DNA from: Chrysomallon squamiferum
Lineage: Eukaryota; Animalia; Mollusca
Direction of reading: 5' to 3'
Assembly (NCBI GenBank): GCA_012295275.1
Contig: CM022679.1
Location: 25,978,001-26,042,000 of the forward strand
Length of the DNA: 64,000 bases
Below the pieces are notes generated by a model. That model had not been told where the DNA came from. It saw only the letters and a list, made by a program, of their open reading frames with translations, and made no database searches. Below, piece after piece: positions 52,201 through 64,000 of this stretch. Both the position numbers and the translations under genes were made by a program. How positions within the stretch are numbered: the first letter of the stretch is position 1; each line of letters begins with the position of its first letter.

Positions 52201-52959
52201 CATATCTGTTCAGAAAACAGCCCCGAGCACAAACCTTATAGTAAGCAGGCTGGTAAAGAAGGAGAAAATAATAATAATAATAATAATAATAAGAGAAAAG
52301 AGAACATTTGTCAGCTAAGGAAGGAAATCTTTTTAAGTGTTTTTGCTGCTAATCCGTAACATGCACAAAACTAAAAGGATTAATTTGTCGAAATGAAAAT
52401 CTCAATGTTCTGTTTAACCCGAAGGCAAATTGGAGCTTAAACGATGTTTTCGTTTGTTTTTCGCACTTTCTGTTATGTCATACGATTCCTTAGGAATGCT
52501 CTTGTTCTTCCTGAGTGAAGAGGGGAATTATGGGTGGGCGCTTTAAAATACAGTATGCTGCAGGAAAGAAGAAATAAATTTAAAAAATAAAAGAATCTTA
52601 TTTTATTTATAAACAATATTACAAGCTTCTGTTTATGTTCAGTTTTTTAAAATAACATAGCTTGACAAGCCGGCCCATTACTAGGTAATAGTTTATAAAT
52701 TGTGTGCTCTGAAAGCATCCGTAAAATTTGAAAAAAAGTGGCCTCTGGGTGGTCTTAAGAAAAAGATAATACTCAATTTAATAAAAGCTATTCAGTTCTT
52801 AATCGATTTGTCTACAGCAGGTGCCCACTCACTCTCCCCACTGAACCGAATGAATACAAAATAGTTTAATTTAGTAGGTGACGTATAATGATTATGATGA
52901 TAACAGAGAAACACATCTTCTTATGAAACAGTGCATACAAAGGCTATTCTGCTGCAGAC

Positions 52960-53470
52960 TACATCTGAAGAGTATTAAACGTCAAATATTATTGTACTGC
53001 AATCTATAGTGTAATATATTACAGCAACAACAGTTTGAAAAACACTTCTACCATTTGAAGTGCTTTGTGTTGCAAATTACTACCTAAAATATCACAGCAA
53101 TAACCTTTAGAAAGATACTTCTATCATTTGAAGTACTTTTATAGTATACTGCAGTGTACCATTTGAAGTACATTCAATATTATACTGCGGCAACAGTATG
53201 AACTATGCTGCAATCTATCATCTGAAATATATATATATATATATACAGTTTGAAGTATATTATATTATAATCTTCTATGCGAAATATATTATATTGCAAT
53301 ACATCGTTTAAAGTATCTTATACTGCAATATACTTTTTGAAGTATATTATACCATTGAAATGTATTATATTGCAATCTACTATTTGAAATATATTATACT
53401 GCAGTATACCATTTGAAGTATGCTGCTGCCTGCGATTTGAAGTATAAAATACTGCATTCTGCCGTTAGAA
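52960..53470. repeat. Degenerate ~30-bp minisatellite (tttgaagtatattatactgcaatctaccat)
   Basis: More than 10 diverged units visible. Confidence 0.8.
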
Positions 53471-54325
53471 ATGTTCTACAATCTAAGAATAATTCTGTGA
53501 ATGACTAAATTTTTAAAAACCTTGTCTCTATTGTCAGGTCAAATGCTGATGGACAAAAAGAAAATTTCGATTTGATTGCTAGTGGGTTTTTTTTTTTTTT
53601 AAATGCACTCTTTAATACATATATCACACTTATAGGCTGCATCAAGATAAAGGTTAATTTTTTTTTTCTCCTACTCATACTATAATGTACGCTATTTTCG
53701 CACCATTGGATTACGTGTCGATATTGTTAGCAAAGACAGACAGAAACAAAGAGTTTAGTAACAAAATACAAAATGGTCATTTAAAACAAATTCTATTACG
53801 TCATAGAAGAACAAGGTGATAGCTGCCATCTTAAAACAACAGTCACATAAAAAAAAAAAATGTTTTATAAATTTGAGGTTTACAGATCCTGGGATGCAGT
53901 TCTTGCATGTGTCTGTCAGTCTTTATATTTGTCTGTCAGTCTATATTTATCTATCTTTATACGTCATAATCTCTGGAGTATTTCAGAATCAATTTACAAC
54001 ATCATTAGAACAGTTTTTAATTCTTCGTTCGGGCGTTACATTCTTTTAATATCAACAACTGCTTTCAGTTCTGGAGAATTTGTTAACTACTCCTGCTTAT
54101 ACAGCAAAATATTAGTCAACTATTATTTATTTTTAGAAGCTACTGTTCGTTTTTATGTTCGCCTTTTTTTTTTTTAAATTGGCGGTTATGTAGAAGATAT
54201 ATACAAAACTGACTCCATTTCGATCCACTTTCAGTTCATGATTCTTCGAATGTATTTGATCTTTTGTCAGTGTGTGTTAAATAATTGTCAAACCAACGTC
54301 ACGCAACGATGGCTTCCATTACACC

Positions 54326-54386
<61 letters not shown>

Positions 54387-55170
54387 AGCTCTGGAAGAAA
54401 ATACCAAACCGAGTTACAGAATATTTATCTTCATTTTCAAGAATAAATTACACATCTTTCTTCCTCCTGCTAAACAATTCTCGAATGAAAAAAAAAAAAT
54501 AAAAAAAAAAAAAAAAAAAGAATCTTTTAAAAACAGACGAGTTATAAAATATAATAATAAAAAAAATAAAATCTAAAAATTCCCTTACACCCCATAATTT
54601 TTTTTTTTTTTTTTTTTTTTTTTCTTTCTTGGTGACTGTTTTCTTATTTGAATGCTGGATTTACACTTGGAGTTCTTTTCTAATTCTATGAAAATTTTCT
54701 CGAGAGGGTTATCCTGCGGGCATAAATGTTGCTATTCTCGGGCCGTCATTCTTGCTCATTGTGTCCAGATAATGGTACAGCTAAATACAATGACAGTGTT
54801 TCGACAACAAATCCAGACAGCGTCGGCAGAACATTTCCCACTCGCCGAAGACTCCCGGCTTGAAAGGAAGGTGCGAAAAAGTGCAGATCCCACAAAACAA
54901 GTTTTTCCCCCCCGTTTTATTATTTTATTTTTTTAATTTTTTTTTTCTATTTCGCGTGGTCTTAATAACCACGAGCATTGCTGGAGAGCCTCGCTCGGAA
55001 CTCGTTCAAACAAGATTATCTGAAGTTTTAACAAAGTAGAATGTTTTTAATGTTAATCTCCGCTCCTGATGGCTTTGTTCAGTGATGTTTGGTCAGTGGA
55101 AGCATGCATATGTGTGCTGTCTGTAACTTGTATGTGCATATACTAATAGATACTCGCTCTCTTTTATATT

Positions 55171-55201
<31 letters not shown>

Positions 55202-55381
55202 ATCTATCTATATAAATATATATATTTATATATAATATAATCTATCTATATAAATATATATTTATATCTATATATATATGTATATATATATTTATATTTA
55301 TATATATATCTACATATATATATATATATTTATATCTACTTATATATATGTATATATATATTTATATTTATATATATCTAC

Positions 55382-55413
<32 letters not shown>

Positions 55414-55477
55414 ATATCTACATATATATATATATATTTATATCTGTATATATATCTATCTGTCTGTCTCTCTCTAA

Positions 55478-55508
<31 letters not shown>

Positions 55509-55903
55509 GTCACAAACGCACGACATACACCTTCACACATGCACAGACTGACAGATATGTACGGAAAGAAGAAGAAAAAGAAAGGTGAGACAGACACACA
55601 CAGTCAATGACTACAAAGTAATCACTCTACTGGTGTCGTTAAATAAGAACATTAATAAAAATGAAGTGTCGTTTAAAGAAAGAAAAAAAAATCTTTAAAA
55701 AAAATTAGTTAGCTGCTGTTTTTCCTGCTATATTTGTGTCATTTTATACTGAAGTGGATTCTGTTACACTCGTAACTTTGAATGACACGCAATTGCCAGT
55801 TTGTGTGTTAAACAGACAAACACCCACAACAACAACAACAACAGTGATAATAATAATGATAATGATAATAATAATAATGATAATAATAATAATAATAATA
55901 ATA

Positions 55904-55936
<33 letters not shown>

Positions 55937-56198
55937 CAAATAATAATACTGGTTAAATGCATTAGCACAGTAATATTAATAACAGTAGTGATGACGTTTA
56001 AGAAAGTGATGATGATGATGCTATTATGACTGATATCACTGTTTATGATAAACATCATTTTTTTCAGATGATAACTTTGATATTGGTGTCGTTATTTTTT
56101 TTATCTTCCTTTTGATGTTGGCCTCGTTGTTAAGTTTCTCTTCATCTTAATTTGAAAAATGATGTCAATTTTTTGTCTACAGTTGTGTCATCTTTAAA

Positions 56199-56248
<50 letters not shown>

Positions 56249-56807
56249 GAAGTAGCATTTGAAAAATGAAGTTCTATCTTGTTAGTTGATGATTTTATGA
56301 TAGGGTGTAATCTAGTTTATTCATTCTTTTTTCTTTCTCTCTTCATCTTCTTCTTTCTTCTTGAAATCTTTATTTTCTTTTTATCACTAATATTGAAAAT
56401 ATCATTTTATAACTTTTATTTGTTATTACTTGTCGCGGTGCGGAAGATTATTCTGCTGTTTTCTATTCTTGTGTTTGTTATCACATTATTTGTTAAAAGT
56501 TATTACTGTAAAACGAGAGTGCATGTTGCTATTTGTCACAGTAGTGAAAGTATTTTGTAAAACCGCTTAGCATATTCGAGACATTTGTCATACAGATAAA
56601 ACTCAGCTTTGCATATTGTTTATGTGAAAGTGTTTAGTAGCTGTCTGTGGGGTGGGGAGTTTTATTCGCTGGTGGAGGCAGGGGGCATCGTGTTGTTGTT
56701 TTCTTCGCGTTTTCATTGCTTTACAGCTTAGGTGCTTTCAAAAAAAAAAGCCTTTCATAAATATTATTAATTAAAAATCTGTATGTCTTTCTCTCTCTCT
56801 CTGTCTG

Positions 56808-56856
<49 letters not shown>

Positions 56857-57204
56857 ATGTGTATGTATGTGTGTGTGTTTGTGTGAGGGGGTATAGTTAT
56901 GTGTATCTGGCTATAATTTACTTCTGTCTGTCACTCTGTCTGCCTGTCTGACTTTCTATGTACATGTCTACTTCTGTATACTTCTGTATCTATATTCTTA
57001 TCTCTCTATCTGTTTGTCTGTCTGTTTGTCTGTCTGTCTATCCATCAATCCATCAATCCATCCATGCATCTGATCTACACATCTCTATCTGTTTATCTAT
57101 CTACATACCTATCTATGCCTATCTAAGTCTCTCTTATATATACACATAATGTTACTTATGTATCTGTTTATGATAAATATATGTATTTTTATAAACAGAC
57201 ACTC

Positions 57205-57313
<109 letters not shown>

Positions 57314-57999
57314 TGTCACACACAGACTCACATATATATATATATATATCCACAGACACACAAAGAGAAGAAATACTAGATAACATGTTATTATTACTTT
57401 TTGTTTTCTTTCAGTTAAAAAACATCTGCTTCTTATTTAAATATATTGCATGACTTGCAAATGATTTTTATTATAAACTTAGTGCATCAAATTCTTAAAT
57501 CAGTGTTACTGCTGTTGCTGTCTTTTGTAAAACTATAATTTGATGACCACCATTATTTTTTGAATTATTATTTTTACTTACTTGGATAAAAAAAAGACAT
57601 AGTTTATAATCAGTCTAACTGAAAATTAACAACTCGAAAAAAAAAAATAATTTAAAAATAATTAAAAAAAAATAATAATAAAAAATAAAAATAATAATAA
57701 TAAATAAATAATAAAAAATAATAATAATAAATAAAAAAAATAATAATAAATAAATAAAAAAAAAAAAATATAAATAAATAAAATAAAAAGACAAAACAAT
57801 CACTAAAAAAGCTCCCTTCATCTCTGTCTGTCTTTTTTGTTTATTAAATAAATAAATAAATAAATAAAATATAAAAAAGGTTAATTTTTTTCTCTTTAAT
57901 TTGAAAAATGTTATTGTTTTATGCATTTTTTTCATTTATTTGTATACTTATGATTTTGTTCCTGGTATAATTCGTTATATTTATTAATCTTATTGTTTC

Positions 58000-58062
<63 letters not shown>

Positions 58063-58150
58063 TTTTAGTTTTTTCATCAGGTTTGTTATTATTATTGATG
58101 TTCTTGATGTTATTATTAATATTATTGTATTAGTATTATCATTATCATTA

Positions 58151-58209
<59 letters not shown>

Positions 58210-58398
58210 TTGAGGGGTATATATGTATACTAGTGTATGTGGCATATTTGCATATATATTTTGCATAATTTTTATTTGTTGTTTTTGTTTCTATTTTTCT
58301 GTTCATTTATTATTTAAATCATTAATAATTTGTCTCCCTTCGGTTGTTGTTGTTTTATTTATCGTCTCTGCAATAATAATAATAACAATAACAACACT

Positions 58399-58447
<49 letters not shown>

Positions 58448-58466
58448 CAAGAACAACAACAAGATC

Positions 58467-58516
<50 letters not shown>

Positions 58517-58629
58517 CAGTAGCAGCAGCAGCAACAACAACGACAACAACCGCATATTCGGGGATATTTTATACACTGTTCATAATGACATAATATTCTC
58601 TCTTATAACTGCAAGCTGCAGCAGTTATT

Positions 58630-59921
58630 TTTATACGCGTTTGCGAAAAGAGCCTCAGGGAAAATACGTCATCCGGCTGGACAGGTAGAACTCAGGTAGC
58701 ACAGATTACCTGTAAATACTTGATACCACCTTACCTTTACGACGAAGTTCACAATCTGGGATATTGTTAATGGCCTCCGTTTCAGCTGAAGCCGGATCTG
58801 ATTTTAAGCGAGTGTTTTTAAAACAAGTTAGTTAGCGAAGACGAAAACACCATAAATAAATTGAAAAAAAATTAATATATATATATATATATATATATTA
58901 AAAAAAAACCAACTTACAATAACCTTAGGAAGTGTCCCATAGCTGGAGAAAGCTTTAGAAGTAGTAATAATAATGAAAATGATAATATTTTAAACGTCAA
59001 CAACAACTCGGCTCTCGTACAGGTAGTAGCGGCCATGTAGGTTGTATGACACGGTCGACCAATCACGGAACAGTATTACAACTTTTAATATGCATGACTT
59101 AGGGGTACGGATCGTATCAATGCGTAATGGGGTTTTATACTATCAAGGTGTAAAATCTTGGACATATTATTCTGCAAGGGAGCAAGTTTGTGTTCTTGTG
59201 TAAACAACTTTTTTTTTTTTTTAAAAGGACCCACGCTAGTAGAAAAACAAAAAAAAAAACGGGAATATTTATTTGGAACGATCGCGTGAAGTCGGCTTGT
59301 GATTGTAACTAACGTTATTCAACTAACCAGTCAAGCCAAAACAAGGTAAGTTGTGCTGTTTTGTGTGTTAGTGTGTGCTTTTTACCCCTCTCTGTCTATC
59401 TCTCTCTCTCGCCACGTATTCAACTTCAGCTTGCTACGAGTTCCGTTCGTATTATTATTATTATTATTATTACTGTGACCGCTCACCTGTACAGGTGTAG
59501 TAGTAGTATAACGTCACTACACAAACTGGCTTAGTACTCAAAACTCGATCTCTAATTGATCGACAGTTGGCGAGGGTTCTACAGACAAAACAAAACTTAG
59601 CCCCTTCTCCCGCCCGTAAAGTCCGAACAGCCAGTCAAAAAGGGTCTGGCTTGCATCTCGGCGATTCTATTATTACTAAGCAGAAAAAAAAAAAAAAAAA
59701 AAAAAGAAGCAGACGACACCTGAAGTCGAGCGGTCCCGCTTGGCTAGTCATATACATCGCGTCCCGCATAAACAGTTAAGCAGACGGACTGGACACGCAA
59801 GAGCAATCAGAGCTGTGGAGAAGTTTTGTAGGAAAGGAAAACACAGGCGACGAAGATTTCGGATCGTTGTTGTGGTGGTGGTGGTGTTGGTGGTCAACCA
59901 ACCCTGACGTGTCTCACTCCG
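58630..59921 (+). promoter_or_regulatory. Putative promoter with alternative non-coding first exons (donors at 59345 and 59921)
   Basis: CpG-rich; NF-Y-type GACCAATCA 59057-59065; donors AAG|GTAAGT (59345) and CCG|GTGAGT (59921); many CAGGTR boxes. Confidence 0.5.
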
Positions 59922-60286
59922 GTGAGTTTTACGTTTTTTTTTTTTTTTTTTTTTTTACTTCTTCTTCTTCTTTTTCTTCCGTTCCAGGTATATATGTGTT
60001 CATATCTCATTCTCCCCTATCCTTGTCTCGTGCGCTACCTGTATACTGTACCGGCCGTCTTAACCATACACCGTATCGTTGACAATAATTATTTCATCAA
60101 CAACACTGTTCATTCCGACGACAGCGTCTTCGTTTGTAGTTACCTGTAATCATTATTCGTCTGCTTTGTTTTTTTTTTTTTTTTTTTACAGTTTATTTAT
60201 CAATTCACCTGTGCTTTTTATTTTTTTTTATACAAAAAAAAAAAAAAATTAAAAATTTCCTATTCGTCAAACGGAATATACCTCAT

Positions 60287-60317
<31 letters not shown>

Positions 60318-61025
60318 CGATGTTGTTGTTGTTGATGGTGTTTACCCGACTCGCACAACTTACGGATTAAAAAAAAGTTTACTTCTGTGGGTGCTTTTTT
60401 TTTTGTGTATATGTGTGTGTCTATATCTAATATATATCTATATATATATAGATATATATTATTATTCTTATTATATACCCTGACTGTTTCGGGTGGCTCG
60501 GAGTTCACCTGTTTCGTTTATTGATTCTTGTTCAAACACATTCGACAATCGCCCGTGTTTTATTGTGTAGTGTATGACCGGCAATATTAACCACTTGTCG
60601 AAGTTTGCTACTTCTGTGATAAAAAAAAAAAAGGCTTCTTCGTTCATTCAGTCTCGCTGGAGATGTTTTTGTTGTAAAACGTGGATTTGTCGACACGCAC
60701 CTGTTGGTTCAAAAAACAACAACAAAAAAACATACAACAACTAGTAATATGTCGTTGGTAAGTTCTGTTTAGGAAGCTTGATATTTATTAGAACTGTTAC
60801 TCTGTGTGTGAGTGTGTGTTTGTGTTTTTGTGTGTAATTATATTAGATAAATGCAAATTAATATAAATATATAGGCCTATGATATACATACAGACATATA
60901 TATATATATATATATATTTACACATTTTCACACACACACAGGCACACACATAAATATATATACTTGTATGTGTTTGAAAAGTAGATAAAAAATAATGAAT
61001 GAATAAATAAATAAATAAATATATA

Positions 61026-61105
<80 letters not shown>

Positions 61106-61141
61106 TAAGGAACAAATAAATCTAAATAATTAAATGTTTAT

Positions 61142-61194
<53 letters not shown>

Positions 61195-61984
61195 CATACA
61201 TATATGTGTGTGTGTATGTGTAATTCACAAAATTGTCAGTTAATTATTGATTAAAATGTAGATTTAAAAAAAAACAAAAAACAACCGATAACACACAAAA
61301 GTTCCCACATAAAACACAAGTGTTTTCTGATTCACGTACCTGTTTGCAGTAAATAATGCATTCATTGTACATCTGAAATGTTGAAAATCAATACTACATG
61401 TGTCATTCTATCAACAGTGTGTGTGACACAAATCTAAAACTGGTTTTAATCTCACATAACAGTGTCTAAAACAAAGCAGGAATAACACAGTATATAACGG
61501 TTAATGAAAAATTTAAAAAGAAAAAATAGCAACATTTGAAGAAGAAAAAAAAGACAAAAAAAAAACCCTTAATAAATAATGCATACGTCATAATCTGTAT
61601 ATTTACTATGTAGGGCTTTATTTTACGTATCTGTTAAGAAATGTACGTTGTGTCAATATATAAATCCATCACGAGTCAATCAATGATTTATATTTAATAA
61701 TATACAAGTATAGTTCGTTACATATATATTTGTTTATTTCATATACACTAAACTCAAGTATTCCATATGGCCTTGTTACATGAACAACGTTAGATATATT
61801 GTCAGTTTGTATTCCGTATAAAATGTTTAGAGAGACAGTCTGTACAGTCATGAAAAGTATGTAATAACAGTATTCTAGTTACTAATTATGTACAACACAT
61901 GGTACTATACGTTTCTTGTTCATATACTGTTAGTTTGAAGTGCGTTATATTATAATATAGTCAGTTAATACAGTCAGTTTATAA

Positions 61985-62170
<186 letters not shown>

Positions 62171-62594
62171 TATACACCATACATACTACTGTGTATATAA
62201 TTGTAGTGTGTCAGTAAATACAAGTGATTTTCAATATATTATCAGTATATAAGCTGAATAATTAGTCTTCGATTTGTTAAAAGAAACAACAATCCACATG
62301 ATGTAATATGTTGTTTGTAAACACATGCTGTCCTCATGACATACATCATAAATAGTCAGTTTAGTGAGAAAACTGCAATAGAGAGAAACAGTATACACTA
62401 TATATATACTGTAGTGTTCATATACAACACATATATCAGTATATAAATAAGACATATATAATACATAGTGCATATACTGTTAGTACATGCACATAGACTG
62501 CCATTATATACTATGTAAGTCAGTATGTAGTATATACACTATTAGTACATATTGTATACACTATCAGTCTACTGTCAGTATCTTTATATGTCAA

Positions 62595-62627
<33 letters not shown>

Positions 62628-62629
62628 TG

Positions 62630-62665
<36 letters not shown>

Positions 62666-62702
62666 CATACATGCATATATATATATATATATGTATCTAT
62701 GA

Positions 62703-62733
<31 letters not shown>

Positions 62734-62827
62734 GATAGATAGATAGATATGTATGTATGTATGTGTATGTACATGTATATGCATGTGTAAATATATATGT
62801 ATATATGTATGTATGTATAAGGATATC

Positions 62828-62863
<36 letters not shown>

Positions 62864-63195
62864 AGACCATATATTGACAAAATTATATACTTAATACAAA
62901 GTTATATATTGTTAATATCTAGGTATTGAGGAATCATCTTAATGATATATATTTTTTTTTTTTTTTTTCTGCATGAGGTAGAGCAGATCTTAACTGCTAT
63001 TTAATTTCTTTAATTTACTAATTTATGTATTTTGAAATTTTAAGTGTCGATTTTTTAAGGTGACATACAAATGAGTCCATGTTTTATGTGCTAGATGTAT
63101 ATATAAAAAAACCCCCACATAATTGGATTGCTTCATGCAATATATTGATAGAAAATCGTTTTACGAAATCGTATAGCTCCAGTTTTTATTCTGTT

Positions 63196-63288
<93 letters not shown>

Positions 63289-63969
63289 GCTAATTCTACA
63301 ACACGATTCTCTTCTCTCCATTTCATATCAGCTCTTCTTCACCTAACATCTGTTTAATACACGACATTTATTTATTTTTAGTATTATTTTATTTTATTTT
63401 ATTTTAAAACCCGATACCTCCAGTAAGGCAACCACGCATCACGTAACATTTATTGTAGCCAGTGTAAATATAATCGTTAAGTTGTTCTTACTCCATTCTG
63501 GCTATTTATTCAAACTGTTCCTTTGATCACGGCAATCAAGAAAAACATATATAAACATAACAGGTCCCAGGGAATGATATAATCTTGGAACAATGCGATT
63601 CAGTGGTTTCTAGAATAAACTCTCAAATCGAACGGGTCTAGGGACAGATCGATGTGTCTATGTAGCGTTTTGTGTAAAGAGACGAAAGGGAAACAAAACG
63701 AAAAGAAAACATAAATTAGGTGTTTCATGCAATGGATTAGAAAATAAATATAACGTTTTTTTTTTTTGTTTTTTTTTTTATTTGAAATGGACAAGTGATG
63801 TTTATTTTGTTTTTGTTTTGGGTTTTTAATTTTAAATTTTTTTTTTTTTTTTTTTTTTTATATGTGGGTGAAATATGTGATTGATTTTTTATTCTTTCAT
63901 TTTAGTCTCTTTTACATTTTTTTTTTAAAAGTTTTCGTCATTATATACACTAAATAATAATAATAATAA

Positions 63970-64000
<31 letters not shown>

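Noticed and set aside
54652-54936. 94-aa non-repetitive ORF (MLDLHLEFF...)
   Set aside because: No recognisable homology or splice context; more likely a non-coding island.
59021-59047. let-7-like pieces AGGTAGTAG...GTAGGTTGTAT
   Set aside because: Interrupted by an insertion, seed incomplete and no precursor stem; considered chance.

Overview
AT-rich, microsatellite-laden animal genomic DNA with spliceosomal GT-AG introns. It is probably a mollusc: degraded SINE pieces resemble, from memory, gastropod Meta-domain SINEs. The first ~24 kb holds three conserved genes that I reconstructed exon by exon. These are the last three coding exons of WIPI2/Atg18 (+), a complete 3-exon DNAL4 (-, 106 aa) and a 20-exon TELO2 (+, ~850 aa), head-to-head with DNAL4. 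TELO2 exon 8 is one base short, giving an apparent frameshift at ~17262. The remaining ~40 kb has no recognisable protein-coding exon, and almost all of its listed ORFs are microsatellite artefacts. It is a mosaic of simple repeats, SINE remnants, degenerate minisatellites and CpG-richer islands. Several islands look like promoters or non-coding first exons (~38.1-38.6 kb, ~58.6-60 kb), and the last carries a dense cluster of CAGGTR boxes. I found no convincing novel system; the best leads are the TELO2 frameshift, the WIPI2 alternative donor and the CAGGTR-rich promoter of an unseen gene.
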